A DNA stretch of 64,000 bases from an uncultured delta proteobacterium (GTDB lineage Bacteria > Desulfobacterota > RBG-13-43-22), in the NCBI GenBank assembly GCA_963790475.1, contig CAWBOS010000011.1, forward strand, positions 1 through 64,000. Direction: 5' to 3'. This document shows, piece by piece, positions 18,453 through 29,648 of the stretch. Made by a program: the position numbers and the translations under genes. Under the pieces are notes generated by a model that saw only the letters and a program-made list of their open reading frames with translations, was not told where the DNA came from and did not search any database. Positions within the stretch are counted from its first letter, which is position 1. Each line of letters begins with the position of its first letter.

Positions 18453-20389
18453 TGGGCCGCCTCTTCTCCGGACTTGATGAAAAGGGTCGTTTTCAGGATT
18501 CCCAGGCGCCCATCCGGGTGCCTGATTTGAACCTCAATCGGCGCCTCAACCTGATCATGATAAATCGATTCAAGAAGTCCGCGGTATCGCTCTTCTAAAA
18601 CCGGTCGCCGCAGCTTTCTGTTTCGAGTCAGTTCTCCCTCGTCCGGACTTAGTTCCCGGTAGAGGCTGACAAATTTCTTCACCCGGCAGCCCGGGGGCAG
18701 GGTACGGTTGACCCTTTCAACATCCTGCTTAATCAACTCATAGACCTCCGGCTTTTGAGAAAGGTCGATAAAGGTCGAAAAGGCCACTCTCCTCTGGCCG
18801 GCCCAACGGCTGACAACATCATAATTGATAACGATAACTGCCGAGGGGTAAGCCCGGTCCGGGCCGGCCGTAACCCAGGCCTCCTGGATATAAGGACTGA
18901 ACTTCAGCCGGCTCTCAATCAATTGGGGGGTGAGCTTTTCCCCGCTTTTTAAAATGACCCTGTCTTGGATCCGGTCAATAAATACGAGATGACTATCCTC
19001 CCGGATGAACCCGCAGTCTCCGCTATGGAACCATCCCTCCTTAAACACTTCGGCGGTCTTCTGGGGATCCCGGTAATACTCGACAAAATTTCCGGACTGA
19101 CGATACAGAATCTCCCCTTGTTCGGTTATCTTTACCTCCAGCCCCTTAAGGACCACTCCGACTGTATCCGGGCAGATATTGTCTTTCCCGGCCCCGGTCA
19201 AAGGGCCCCCTTCGGTGGAAAAGTAGAGGTTTTTTAAGGGAATATTCAGGGCATGAAAGAAACGGAAGGTTTCGGGGCTGAGAAAGGCTCCGGAACTGTA
19301 GCAGATCCTGGCTTTGGATAAACCCAGACTCTTTTTAAGTGGCTTGAACAAAACCCAGTCCGCCAACCAGCGGAGGGTTTTCAAACCAAGGCCGGGTTTT
19401 TTCTTTTGAAACCGAAGATCGGCCGTCCGGTAGCCTATGGGCATCAAAAGGCGGTAGGCCCACTTTTGGAGAATGTCCGCTTCAAGCATCCGGGTCTCCA
19501 CCAGTGCCGCCTGACTCTCCCACAACCGGGCACCATAGAAAACAATGCTTGGATTTGTTTCCTGGATATCACGCTGCTGAGTTTCCGGCGATTCGGCGAA
19601 GTTCAGGGTGGAGGCTGAGAGCAGATGACAGCCGATATTGAACCATTGCTCCGGCATCCAGGCCGGGGGCAGAGAGGGAACCACATGGTCATCCTCAGTC
19701 CAGGGATCCAGTGACAAATAATGATCGGACCCCGTCCTCATGGACCGGTAGGTGTGAAGGACTCCTTTAGGCGAAGATCCACTGGTCCCCGAAGTGTATA
19801 CCAAGGCGCAGACCTCCTCGGCCTTACCGGCCTTCACATTTCTTTCGAATAGACCGGGGTGTTCGGCTTCGTATTGGCCCCCTTTTTCTAAAACCTGTCT
19901 ATACCCGATCAAAACAGGGTCTTTATAATGGGCCAACCCTTTATAGTTCCAATAAACAACTTTTTTAAGCAAGGGAAGTTCGGCCCTGATCTGGAGGATT
20001 TTATCCACCTGCTCCTGATCTTCGACAACGGCAAATCGAGCTTCAGCATCTTTAATAATGGTCTTGATCTCCTGGGGAGACAAATCCGGACACACCCCCA
20101 CCGCAATCCCATGATCGGACTGGACAGCCAGTTCCGCATGATACCATTCGGGGGCGTTATCCCCCACAATCACCAGCTTATCCCCAGGTTCAAGACCCAG
20201 GGTAAACAGTCCCAGGGCCAGGGATTTGACCTGTAGATAATAATCCTTCCAGGAATAAACCTGCCAGATACCAAAATGCTTATGGTGCATGGCCCTCCGC
20301 GTTGAACCATACTTTTCAAAATTATATTTCAGTATCTTGGGCCAGGTGTCGCCCTTATTCTGGTAGATCTGTCCTCCTCTTACAACCAT
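18449..20389 (-). CDS. AMP-dependent long-chain acyl-CoA synthetase embedded in the ABC operon
   Basis: YTSGTSGSSPKG P-loop, GWFHSGD, ELTRNRKLRR. Confidence 0.88.
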   Translation of the reverse strand: MVVRGGQIYQNKGDTWPKILKYNFEKYGSTRRAMHHKHFGIWQVYSWKDYYLQVKSLALGLFTLGLEPGDKLVIVGDNAPEWYHAELAVQSDHGIAVGVCPDLSPQEIKTIIKDAEARFAVVEDQEQVDKILQIRAELPLLKKVVYWNYKGLAHYKDPVLIGYRQVLEKGGQYEAEHPGLFERNVKAGKAEEVCALVYTSGTSGSSPKGVLHTYRSMRTGSDHYLSLDPWTEDDHVVPSLPPAWMPEQWFNIGCHLLSASTLNFAESPETQQRDIQETNPSIVFYGARLWESQAALVETRMLEADILQKWAYRLLMPIGYRTADLRFQKKKPGLGLKTLRWLADWVLFKPLKKSLGLSKARICYSSGAFLSPETFRFFHALNIPLKNLYFSTEGGPLTGAGKDNICPDTVGVVLKGLEVKITEQGEILYRQSGNFVEYYRDPQKTAEVFKEGWFHSGDCGFIREDSHLVFIDRIQDRVILKSGEKLTPQLIESRLKFSPYIQEAWVTAGPDRAYPSAVIVINYDVVSRWAGQRRVAFSTFIDLSQKPEVYELIKQDVERVNRTLPPGCRVKKFVSLYRELSPDEGELTRNRKLRRPVLEERYRGLLESIYHDQVEAPIEVQIRHPDGRLGILKTTLFIKSGEEAAQ

Positions 20390-20430
20390 ATTCTGTACCT
20401 TTTGTGCTTCCGAATTCAGGTCTCTAAGAA

Positions 20431-20551
20431 ACGCTTCGCTTAAGGAACGTCAGGACTTGGTCCTGACTTGAGGGAGGAGGCCACTGCACCTTCGGCCTCA
20501 AGTTCGTCGAAGACGAACGATCCTCAAGTCCGCCGCGGCGGACGCTCCTCA
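20431..20551. repeat. Intergenic repeat family C, copy 1
   Basis: CGCTTCGCTTAAGGA...GTTCGTCG.AGACGAACG.TCCTCAAG; similar to 57781-57894 and to the reverse complement of 33497-33605. Confidence 0.7.
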
Positions 20552-20571
20552 AATTTTCTGAAGGCAGCTTT

Positions 20572-21366
20572 CTACCCCAACCACCTTTTCTTTCGCCGGT
20601 AGTGTTTTATTTCTCGATAGCTTTTTCGGGAGCCGACAGCCGACAACCCCAGATAGAATTCCCGGATGTCTTCATTATCCTTTAACTGCCCGGCCGGGCC
20701 GCCCAAAACCACCCGTCCGTTCTCCATCACATAACCATAATCGGCTATTCCCAGGGCGGCGTCGACATTTTGCTCCACCAGGAGGATGGCCGTATTTTGT
20801 TCGGCATGGATCCTCTGAATGATTTCATAGATATCCTGCACCAGCAGGGGGGCCAGACCGAGGGATGGTTCATCCAGGAGCATCAATTTCGGACGGGCCA
20901 TCAGTGCCCGGCCGATGACCAGCATCTGTTGTTCTCCTCCGGAAAGATAGCCGCTGGTCCGCTGGCGGAGGTCTTTGACCCTGGGAAAATAATCATAGAC
21001 TAATTCCAGATCTCTCTTGACTCCGGCGCGGTCTTTACGGCGATAAGCACCCACGAACAAATTTTCCTCAACAGTAAGGTGTTCAAGGACCCTTCTCCCC
21101 TCCATGGCCTGGCTCAGGCCCAACGAGGCTATATCCTCGGGGCCGTGGTGATCTACCCGCTTCCCGTTAAAAATAATACTGCCCTCGGTGACTTTCCCTT
21201 CCTCGGTTTTCAACATCCCGGAAACGGCTTTCAGCGTGGTGGTCTTGCCCGCCCCGTTGGCCCCGAGGAGGGCCACGATTTGCCCGTCTCCGACCTCCAG
21301 GGATACTCCTCGCAGCACCTGGATCACATTCATATAGACCACATCAATATTGTTGACTTGGAGCAT
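20572..21366 (-). CDS. ABC ATP-binding protein (LivF-like)
   Basis: GANGAGKTT, LSGGEQQM, LLDEPSLGLAP. Confidence 0.92.
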   Translation of the reverse strand: MLQVNNIDVVYMNVIQVLRGVSLEVGDGQIVALLGANGAGKTTTLKAVSGMLKTEEGKVTEGSIIFNGKRVDHHGPEDIASLGLSQAMEGRRVLEHLTVEENLFVGAYRRKDRAGVKRDLELVYDYFPRVKDLRQRTSGYLSGGEQQMLVIGRALMARPKLMLLDEPSLGLAPLLVQDIYEIIQRIHAEQNTAILLVEQNVDAALGIADYGYVMENGRVVLGGPAGQLKDNEDIREFYLGLSAVGSRKSYREIKHYRRKKRWLG

Positions 21367-21413
21367 CGAATCAAACCTTTAAGTTCTTCCAGGGAATATA
21401 GAAAGATGAAAAA

Positions 21414-21488
21414 GGATTCAAGGGATCAAGGAGTCTGGGGTTCAAGTGAAAAGCTCGGTTTCAAAAATCCCTTGATCCCTTGAACCCT
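21414..21488. repeat. Inverted repeat built from 8-bp units (GGATTCAAGGGATCAAGG / CCTTGATCCCTTGAACC)
   Basis: Direct inspection of the livG-livF spacer. Confidence 0.55.
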
Positions 21489-21504
21489 ACCATCGCATAA
21501 TACC

Positions 21505-22320
21505 CTATTTCCTTTTCCCCAAGTAAGCGCTGATCACATCAGGATTAGAACTGATTTCTGCCGGAGTACCCTCGGCAATTTTTCGTCCGAAATTGAGGAC
21601 AACAATCCGATCGGCAATGTCCATGACCACCCCCATATCATGTTCGACCAGGATGATGCAGCCGATCCCATCCCTTAGAACCGGGGTGTCCGGATAAGTG
21701 TCCCCCTGACCTTCGAAGACGTCAATGATAAAACGGGCGATGTCCTCTTTTTCTTCCAGGTTCATCCCGGCCATCGGTTCATCCAGCAGCAGGACCTTCG
21801 GTTCCAAGGCCAAGGCCCTGGCCAGCTCGACCCTTTTTCGCATGCCGTAGGGTAGCATACCGACTACCTTTTTTCGAATGGGAGCTATTTCCAAAAAGTC
21901 GATGATCTCCTCGGCCGTCCGGCGATGGTTGATTTCCTCCTTAACCGCCCATCCGAAGTATAATGAGCTGGTGATGAAATTTTGCTTCATCAGCACATGT
22001 CTGGCCGCCATGATGTTGTCCTGGGTGGTCAGTCCGGTGTAGAGTTTTATGTTTTGAAAGGTCCTGGCAATCCCCAGTCCGGCTAAGCGATCCGGTCTCA
22101 TGCGGGAGATCTTTTGATCTTTATAGAAGATTTCACCTTGTTGCGGTTTGTAAAAGCCGTTGATACAGTTGAGAAGGGCGGTCTTGCCGGCTCCGTTAGG
22201 TCCGATGATGGCCAGTATTTCCCGGTCCCGGATGTCCAAACTGATGTCGATCAGGGCGCCGACACCGCCGAAACTGAGCGATAGGTTTTCGATCCGCAGT
22301 AAAACCGGGTTGGTTTCCAT
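21505..22320 (-). CDS. ABC ATP-binding protein (LivG-like)
   Basis: GPNGAGKT, IARTFQN, LLDEPMAGM, VEHDM. Confidence 0.92.
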   Translation of the reverse strand: METNPVLLRIENLSLSFGGVGALIDISLDIRDREILAIIGPNGAGKTALLNCINGFYKPQQGEIFYKDQKISRMRPDRLAGLGIARTFQNIKLYTGLTTQDNIMAARHVLMKQNFITSSLYFGWAVKEEINHRRTAEEIIDFLEIAPIRKKVVGMLPYGMRKRVELARALALEPKVLLLDEPMAGMNLEEKEDIARFIIDVFEGQGDTYPDTPVLRDGIGCIILVEHDMGVVMDIADRIVVLNFGRKIAEGTPAEISSNPDVISAYLGKRK

Positions 22321-22746
22321 CTGAAACAGACTCCTAATCAGATCCGGGCTCGTTTCTAAAAAATTGTTACCAATATAAGACGGATGGAAAGAGTAAAATG
22401 CTTACTCGTTGAACATGAAATGAAAAATATTATTTTTCAAAGGTCTCGTTTCCTTTACAGTTTAATTTCCCTTCCCGGTCTGCATACTCTGCCCGCACCG
22501 TTACCAGCCGGCAGGCGAATAAGCCCAGACCGGCGATCCTTTCCCAAAAAATGGGAGGGGATTTGAAAACTTTTTCCGAAACCGTTACATGATAATAACA
22601 AAAATCTCAGGAGTAAAAAATCAATGATATGGAAAACAGGCACCCACCCCAATTTTATGGAGGAGATTTTTTTGGAATACCCTCGATACTAAACCGGGAC
22701 CAATAAGTCAATAGATAAAAAATCAAATCACATAATATCAATGCCT

Positions 22747-24249
22747 TCATGGTCTGAGTTCTGCCATCTTTTTTCTCAATTCCCGTTTCAATATTTTGCC
22801 GGTGGGACTCTTGGGCATTTCGGCCACGGTCACCACCTCTTTGGGTACTTTAAAGGAGGATAAAGAGGTTTTCAGGAAAGATTTTAGTTCTTCGGGGGCA
22901 ATCATGCGCCCTGGTTTGGGAATGATGAAGGCGGTCACCCGTTCCCCCCACTCCCGGTCGGGAAGCCCGACGACCGCACACTCCTGCACTTCACTTCGGG
23001 TATATATAAGCTCTTCCACTTCGCGGGGATAGACGTTTTCCCCGCCGGTTATGATCACATCTTTCAATCGATCCACGATATAAAGGTATCCCTGGTCGTC
23101 AAGAAACCCGATATCTCCGGATCTGAACCAGCCATCGCCCCAAAAGACGGCTTGCGTTTCTTCGGGATTGTTCAGATATCCGGGCATGATGTTCCGCCCC
23201 CGGATGCAAATCTCCCCCTCTTGGTTACTCTCCATAATGTTGCCCGAGAGATCACGAATTTCCACCTCGACCCCGGGGACCGTCTCCCCCACCGACCCGA
23301 CGACATGACGACAAACATGGTTGTAGGTGACGGCTGACGCCGATTCGGTCATCCCGTACCCTTCATAAATAGTCAGGCCGGTGCTTTCTTTCCACTGCCG
23401 GACCGTTTCCTCGGCCAAGCTGGCGGCCGCCGAAAAACAATAGCGGACTTGGCCTAATTTTTCTTTGAGGTTTTCTTCGGTTAATAAACGGGTATAAATC
23501 GTAGGGACGGCATAAAACTTGGTGACCCTGCCCAGGGAGATGATCTGTAAAATCTTTTCCAAATCGAAAGCGGGCAGAATTTCCAGACACCCGGAGCTCA
23601 AGATAGTGGCATTCAGGATGTGCATCTGGCCGAAGACATGGTTGAAAGGAAGAAAACAAAGGGCCCGATCGCCTTCGTCGGATCTTTCTGAAAAAGCGAC
23701 ATTATGGCTGGAAACATTGATGTTTTCATGGGTGAGCAGGACCCCTTTGGGGATTCCCGTGGTCCCTCCGGTATATAAGACGGCGGCGGGTTCAGACCGA
23801 TTCCGGTCGACGGCCCGAAAGGTTTCTTTTCCCCGGTCTAGAATTTGAGCGAGATTAAGGTCTCCCTGGGGGCAGATAATATTTTCCAAGAATCCCGTGG
23901 CTTTCATTTTTTCCAGCTCAGGAAATCGGTCCTCGGTTGTAAAAATCATTTTGGGTCTGGAATGATCCACCAGGAGTTGAAGTTCGTTCTCCTGGAGGAG
24001 GCTGGAAAAGGTCACCGCCACGGCACCGGTTTTGAGCACCCCAAAATAAAACATGATCCACTCGATCGAATTGGGTGCACAAAGACCGATGAAGTCTCCC
24101 GGGTTTACTCCTTGTTGGATTAGGAAAGTGGCCACCCGATTGGCTGATTCATTTAAGGAATGATAAGAGATCTCCCGCTTTCCTTGGCTGAGGGCGGGGG
24201 ACTGGGGAAAGAAAAAGGCCGACCGTTCTAAATTCCCGGAAACATTCAT
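22747..24249 (-). CDS. Acyl-CoA ligase (AMP-binding, FadD-like), paralog 1
   Basis: YTGGTTGIPKG, EGYGMTE, WFRSGD, PKSPTGKILK; GGAGG RBS before ATG at 24249. Confidence 0.9.
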   Translation of the reverse strand: MNVSGNLERSAFFFPQSPALSQGKREISYHSLNESANRVATFLIQQGVNPGDFIGLCAPNSIEWIMFYFGVLKTGAVAVTFSSLLQENELQLLVDHSRPKMIFTTEDRFPELEKMKATGFLENIICPQGDLNLAQILDRGKETFRAVDRNRSEPAAVLYTGGTTGIPKGVLLTHENINVSSHNVAFSERSDEGDRALCFLPFNHVFGQMHILNATILSSGCLEILPAFDLEKILQIISLGRVTKFYAVPTIYTRLLTEENLKEKLGQVRYCFSAAASLAEETVRQWKESTGLTIYEGYGMTESASAVTYNHVCRHVVGSVGETVPGVEVEIRDLSGNIMESNQEGEICIRGRNIMPGYLNNPEETQAVFWGDGWFRSGDIGFLDDQGYLYIVDRLKDVIITGGENVYPREVEELIYTRSEVQECAVVGLPDREWGERVTAFIIPKPGRMIAPEELKSFLKTSLSSFKVPKEVVTVAEMPKSPTGKILKRELRKKMAELRP

Positions 24250-24336
24250 CGGTGTCCTCCCAAGAGAGGGAAGCCTGATCTCCTTCAAGAAATTTCGGTG
24301 GTTGGTACTTGAACCACGGGTCACAATGGATTTCTA

Positions 24337-24367
24337 TTGGTCTAATGGTCTAATATTTAGACTAATG
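24337..24367. promoter_or_regulatory. Candidate FadR/GntR operator in the divergent promoter region
   Basis: ATTGGTCTAAT-GGTCTAAT-ATTTAGACTAAT: tandem plus inverted GGTCTAAT-like units. Confidence 0.45.
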
Positions 24368-24431
24368 AAATTATTTTGTCAATAAATATGTTTAAAGTTG
24401 TAAAAAAGAATTTTCTTTTATAATATTAATT

Positions 24432-25169
24432 ATGCCAAAATTTACCCCCATCAGGCAAGTCCGTGTTTCCGAGGAGGTTGTCGAACAACTCAAGCTGTCG
24501 ATTCTGCAGAGGCAATTTAACCCCGGTGACCGCCTTCCTCCGGAACGGGAATTGGCCGAGCAATTGCAGGTCAGCCGGGTGGCTATTCGCGAAGCCCTCC
24601 GGGTCCTTCAGAATGCGGGGTTTATCGTTACCCGGCCGGGGGCCTTGGGCGGGACCTTTGTAACTCATTTATCCTTCCAACATTTATCCGATGCCTTTCT
24701 GGATCTTTTTCTGGCGGAAAAGATCTCGGTTCCCGAACTGAATCAGGTCCGGCTGGTGATCGAACCCGAGATGACCCGGATGGCGGCGACCCGGATCACG
24801 GCCGGCTACGTTAAAAAGCTTCAAGAAGCCCTGGAAGCCGAAGAACAACCCTCAACCTCTCTGGAGGAGGATCGGGAACGAAAGACGAAAGTGCATTTTA
24901 TTTTGGCTGAAATGTGCGGCAACCGCTTATTTGAGGCCCTGATTCTTTCCATCTTGGGTTTAACCTGGAGGGTGGTCAAGGCCGCCGATCCCGATTATCA
25001 CCTTATGCATCCGGCGGGGATGCATCGGCCGATTGTGGAAGCGGTCTTCTCCGGAAATCCGAAAAAGGCGGCTTTGGCCATGCAAAGGCATGCCGTCGAA
25101 TTCGGGGATATTCTATCCAAGATGGAAAAATCATTCCGCAGGCGAAAACCCCCTTCTCCTTATACCTAA
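24432..25169 (+). CDS. FadR/GntR-family transcriptional regulator
   Basis: PGDRLPPERELAEQLQVSRVAIREAL winged HTH plus FCD-type C-terminus. Confidence 0.92.
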   Translation: MPKFTPIRQVRVSEEVVEQLKLSILQRQFNPGDRLPPERELAEQLQVSRVAIREALRVLQNAGFIVTRPGALGGTFVTHLSFQHLSDAFLDLFLAEKISVPELNQVRLVIEPEMTRMAATRITAGYVKKLQEALEAEEQPSTSLEEDRERKTKVHFILAEMCGNRLFEALILSILGLTWRVVKAADPDYHLMHPAGMHRPIVEAVFSGNPKKAALAMQRHAVEFGDILSKMEKSFRRRKPPSPYT

Positions 25170-25185
25170 GAATCAAATGAATCGT

Positions 25186-26709
25186 CTATGATGCTTTGTT
25201 TTCCTGGGGACGATTGACGGCCCCGACGAGTGGTTCTCTGAGTTTCCGTTTTAGAATCTTACCCGTCGGGCTCTTGGGAAGCTCACTGACCGGTACATAT
25301 TCCTTGGGAACTTTAAAGGCCGACAATCGGGACTTAAGGAAAATTTTCAGTTCATCCGGGTTAATCGAAAATCCCGGTTTAGGGATGATAAAAGCGGTCA
25401 CCCGTTCACCCCACTCCCGGTCAGGGAGGCCCACAACCGCACATTCGGCCACTTCCGGCCGGGTATAGAGGACCTCTTCCACCTCCCGGGGATAGACGTT
25501 TTCGCCGCCGGTGATAATTAAGTCTTTAAGACGGTCTATAATAAAAAGGTATTCGTCGGGATCGAACAAGCCGATATCTCCGGAGCGATACCACCCCCCT
25601 TCCCAGAAGGCGGACCGGGTTCCTTCGGGATTATTCAGATACCCTTTCATAACCACATGTCCACGGACACAGATCTCCCCCGTCTGACCTTGTCCCAACC
25701 GGTTTCCCTCCAAATCTCTGATCTGTACCTCCACACCAAAGATCGGATGCCCCACCGATCCGACCCTATGCCGGTAATAATGGTTATAAGTAACGGGCAT
25801 GGCTTCGGTCATCCCGTACGATTCGGCTATAGTGATCCCCGTTCGGTCCTTCCATTGTTTAACCACTTCCCCGGCCAGACTGGCTGCGGCTGAAAAACAA
25901 TAGCGTAACTTCCCCAACCTTTTTTCCAGATCTCCAAGGGCCAAAAGGCGGATATAAATCGTAGGAACGGCATAGAGTTTGGTTATTCGGCCGGCCTCTA
26001 TGGCCTCCATAACCCGATCGATGTCGAAGGAGGGCAGAAGCTCAAGACAACCGGCACTGGAGATAGTCGCATTCATGATATGAATCTGTCCAAAAACATG
26101 GTTGAAGGGCATAAAACACATGGCCCGATCTGTTTCCGTGGAGCGTTCGAAGTGGGCGACGCTGTAACTGGAAATACTGATGCCGTCATGAGTCAGCATG
26201 ACGCCCTTTGGAGTTCCCGTGGTCCCACCGGTATAAAGGATGGCGGCGATATCCGAAGGATCCCGGTCCACGGCCCTGAATGATCCCGATCCCATCTCCC
26301 TGAGGGCCCGAAGGTCCAGGTCGCCTCCCGGACAGATTATCTTTTCCAGCCCATCAGTTTTTTTCAACCGTTCTAATTCACCAAGCCTGTATGGGGCGAC
26401 AAAGAGAAAACGCGGTCTGGCATGATGCACCAGATTCGCCAATTCGTCTCCGGTAAGTATCGCTGAAAGAGTGACTGCCACGGCCCCGGACTTGAGCACA
26501 CCAAGGTAGAAAATAATCCACTCCGTCGAGTTCGGGGCACAAAGCCCGATGTGGTCCCCGGGTTTAACCCCCAATCGGATCAGAGCAGTGGCGACCCGGT
26601 TCACCGAATCGTTCATCTGCCTATAGGTCGTTTCCACATCATCCTGACGGACCGCCGGACGGTCCGGGAAGAAGAAGGCCGATTGTTCCAGATGGTGAGC
26701 AAGATTCAT
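25186..26709 (-). CDS. Acyl-CoA ligase (AMP-binding, FadD-like), paralog 2
   Basis: YTGGTTGTPKG, ESYGMTE, PKSPTGKILK; colinear with the protein at 22747-24249. Confidence 0.9.
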   Translation of the reverse strand: MNLAHHLEQSAFFFPDRPAVRQDDVETTYRQMNDSVNRVATALIRLGVKPGDHIGLCAPNSTEWIIFYLGVLKSGAVAVTLSAILTGDELANLVHHARPRFLFVAPYRLGELERLKKTDGLEKIICPGGDLDLRALREMGSGSFRAVDRDPSDIAAILYTGGTTGTPKGVMLTHDGISISSYSVAHFERSTETDRAMCFMPFNHVFGQIHIMNATISSAGCLELLPSFDIDRVMEAIEAGRITKLYAVPTIYIRLLALGDLEKRLGKLRYCFSAAASLAGEVVKQWKDRTGITIAESYGMTEAMPVTYNHYYRHRVGSVGHPIFGVEVQIRDLEGNRLGQGQTGEICVRGHVVMKGYLNNPEGTRSAFWEGGWYRSGDIGLFDPDEYLFIIDRLKDLIITGGENVYPREVEEVLYTRPEVAECAVVGLPDREWGERVTAFIIPKPGFSINPDELKIFLKSRLSAFKVPKEYVPVSELPKSPTGKILKRKLREPLVGAVNRPQENKAS

Positions 26710-28590
26710 GATGGACCTCCTGTGGATTGATAAGGGATGGCCAGGGCCTTCAGGAACTCTCTTTGAAAGGCATCGTCCCTGGCCAGTTCAACATGAGTAA
26801 CCCGGTCGGCAATTTCCTCCGCCTCTTTCCTTTTTTCTTTATTCATTAAAGCCAAATAAGCCCCGTGTCCGGCGGCATTTCCCACCAGGGTAATGTTCTT
26901 CGGATCGCACCAGGGGAAAAGCCCTATGGTCAGAGCGCTCTCCTTGTCGATGTGGAGACCGAAGGCCCCGGCGATCCTCATCCGGGTTACAGACTTTGCC
27001 CCAACCTGATTCAATAAAACCCTGCACCCGCCGTGGAGGGCGGCCTTGGCCAGTTGGATCTGCCGGATATCTTTCTGGGTCAGAACGATGTCTTTCCCTT
27101 GGGCCGTTTCCTGATTCCGGACCAAAACGAATTCCATTACGCCTGAAGGGCTTCTTCTGAGTCGCGGTGTGTCTATCTCTTCGGAAAAGGCCCCGCTTTC
27201 TTTTATCAAACCTGTTTTAAATAATTGGGCCACGGTGTCAATGATCCCCGAACCGCAGATCCCCGCGGGCCGCAAAGCACCGGAGGGATGGCGGCTTGCC
27301 CAACCTTCCCGCCCTACCACCTGGTAGTCGACATCCAGATTAGACGGCTCAATGCGCACCCTTGCTATGGCCCCGGTAAGGGCCTGCATACCACAGGAGA
27401 TATGGGCGCCCTCAAAGGCCGGCCCGGTGGCGCAGGAACAGGACCGGAGCGTTTTCCGATTTCCCAGGATAATCTCCCCATTAGTGCCCAGGTCGATAAT
27501 CAAAGACAGCTCATCCTGATGGTAAGGTTCCTCGGAGAGCAGGACCCCAACATTGTCGGCTCCCACAAACCCGGCTTCCACAGGGAGTACATGGACATAA
27601 GAGGATGGATTGATGCGCAGCCCGAGTGCACCGGCCTTTACATTCACGGACCCTTTTACTACGGGGGTAAACGGCCATAAGCCCAGTTGATCAGGAATCA
27701 CCCCGAGAAAAATATGATGCATGACGGTATTGCCGACCACGGTACTGTCCATGATCTGATTAGTTTTAAAACCATTCCGGGCCGCCAGCCGGTCGATCAG
27801 GCTGTTCAAGGAGCCCATGAGTTCCTTTTGCATCCGTTTAACGCCGACACCGGGATGATTCACGGAATAAGCAATGCGGGACATGATATCCGTTCCAAAA
27901 AGGACCTGAGGATTGGTGACCGCCCCTTCGGCAATGACCTCCCCCTTAAGTAAATCGCAGAGATAGACCGCTACGGTGGTTGTCCCAATATCAATGGCCA
28001 GACCGAGACTGGTTTTATCCCACCCGGAACTCAGGGCGATGATTTCTTGATCCATCCAGACCAAGGCCGTAACCTTTTGCCGGCCTTTCCGGATTATTCC
28101 GCTCATATCTCTTAATACCGTTGGATCGGAAGTAATGCCTTTCAGCCCATAGTGGACTTCGAGAAATCGAACGATTTTATTCAAAATAATGGCCGTGGGT
28201 TTTTTTTTCTTCCGAAAGGTCGATGTAATAACCTCTCACCGCCGGATCGATTCCCTTCAACCTTTGAGAGAATTCCTTCTTTGCCGGTCCTGAATCCAGG
28301 AGGTGATCTCCGGGGACCCAAACGGTGGCCTCACCCAAGATTTGGGTCCTGCAAGCCAATCGGTAACCCAGTGCCCGGTCAAAGTCATTGATAAAATCGG
28401 ATTCTTCTTTGCGAAAGGGACCGCCACTCCCTTCGATCAGGCGTATCCGGCAGCGGCCGCATTGTCCTTTCCCGTTGCAGTCGGATGGGATATAAATTCC
28501 GGCCTGGCGGGCGGTATCCAAAACAGATTTTCCTTCCTCTTCGAAGACCTCTCTGAAAGAAGGGGCAAAAAGGACTCGGTGGGTCTTCAT
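26706..28590 (-). CDS. Reductive activator of corrinoid proteins (RACo/RamA-like; 2Fe-2S plus ASKHA ATPase), frameshifted at an A9 run
   Basis: CNGKGQCGRC...LAC N-terminus; DIGTTT, DLGTNGE, CATGPAFEG, GICGSG. A8 instead of A9 at 28200-28208 joins the two ORFs. Confidence 0.85.
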
Positions 28591-29496
28591 GGATGCGGTT
28601 CTTTTAATTTCCATTGGGGGTAGAGCATTCTCAGCTTATCTTCGGCCGTTTCCATCGATAGACCGCCGGCCGAACCTAATATCAGACCTCCGTTTTTAAA
28701 TTCTTTTTCGGCCCGGCGGATTTCTTGAGTAATCCGATTTTCATTCCAGGCCAAAAGGTCTATGTGACCCATGAAGGTGATCTGTCGGCCAAAATTATTT
28801 TTCAGGGCATAGAGACTTAGCCCGGCCTGGGCGTCAACCGGGTGGATGCAGTCATATCCGGCTTCTATCAAGCTGGGGATGATTTCGAGTTATATCTCCG
28901 TCGGAATGAAAAAAAGCATAGAGATTGTTGCCCTTGATGATTTCAGCCATCTGTTGGTATATCGGCCGGACCGCTTTCATGAAATCGTTGAAAGAAAATA
29001 AAAGACCCCTATTGCCAGCGATGTCGTCCGTAACGGCTATGGCGCTGAAGCCGCTATTTCGTGCCGCTTGGGTCTTTTTTTCTACGTCCTTCAGCAGCGT
29101 CGCCGTCTCGTTGGAGAAGAGGGTGGGGTTTTTTTTCATGGATAAGAAAACATTAAAAAAGCCGTAAGTTTTGATCAAACCGGCGACAGGTCCGGTGATG
29201 CATCCGACCAAAAAATACTCTTCAAGTTTCCTGTATTGTCTATTCCACAAAAGAGATTGGGACCATTGGGGGGAGAGGTCAACCCCTAAAAGTGAAAGTC
29301 CCAAAGATTCAACGGCTGTTTGAAGCTGATCGATATATTCTTTTTTGAATTTTTCAAAAAAGTGATCCAGGAAATCCCGGCTGATGAAAAGTTCTCCTTT
29401 GGGAATATGATCCACCGTATTTTGCCTAAGGACTTTGGAAACGGTATCAATTGGTTGAGACACTATTCTATTTCTTACACCCATAATTCTGAGCAA
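28587..29496 (-). CDS. Uroporphyrinogen-decarboxylase-fold methyltransferase-like protein, +1 frameshift near 28890
   Basis: DDIA, FFHSDGDI|..IEAGYDCIHP, GHID, GGLILG. Confidence 0.7.
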
Positions 29497-29648
29497 TTAT
29501 TAAGGGCTCAAAATAATACAGATAAATTTTACCGCCAGGACCTCCCGGTCGTATGGAATGCAAACACTTCATGTTCAGGTCAAGATTGTTATGAGACCTT
29601 AATATTTTTAAAAATCAGTGCAAGACTCCCTACGACCCCCCTGAAATT

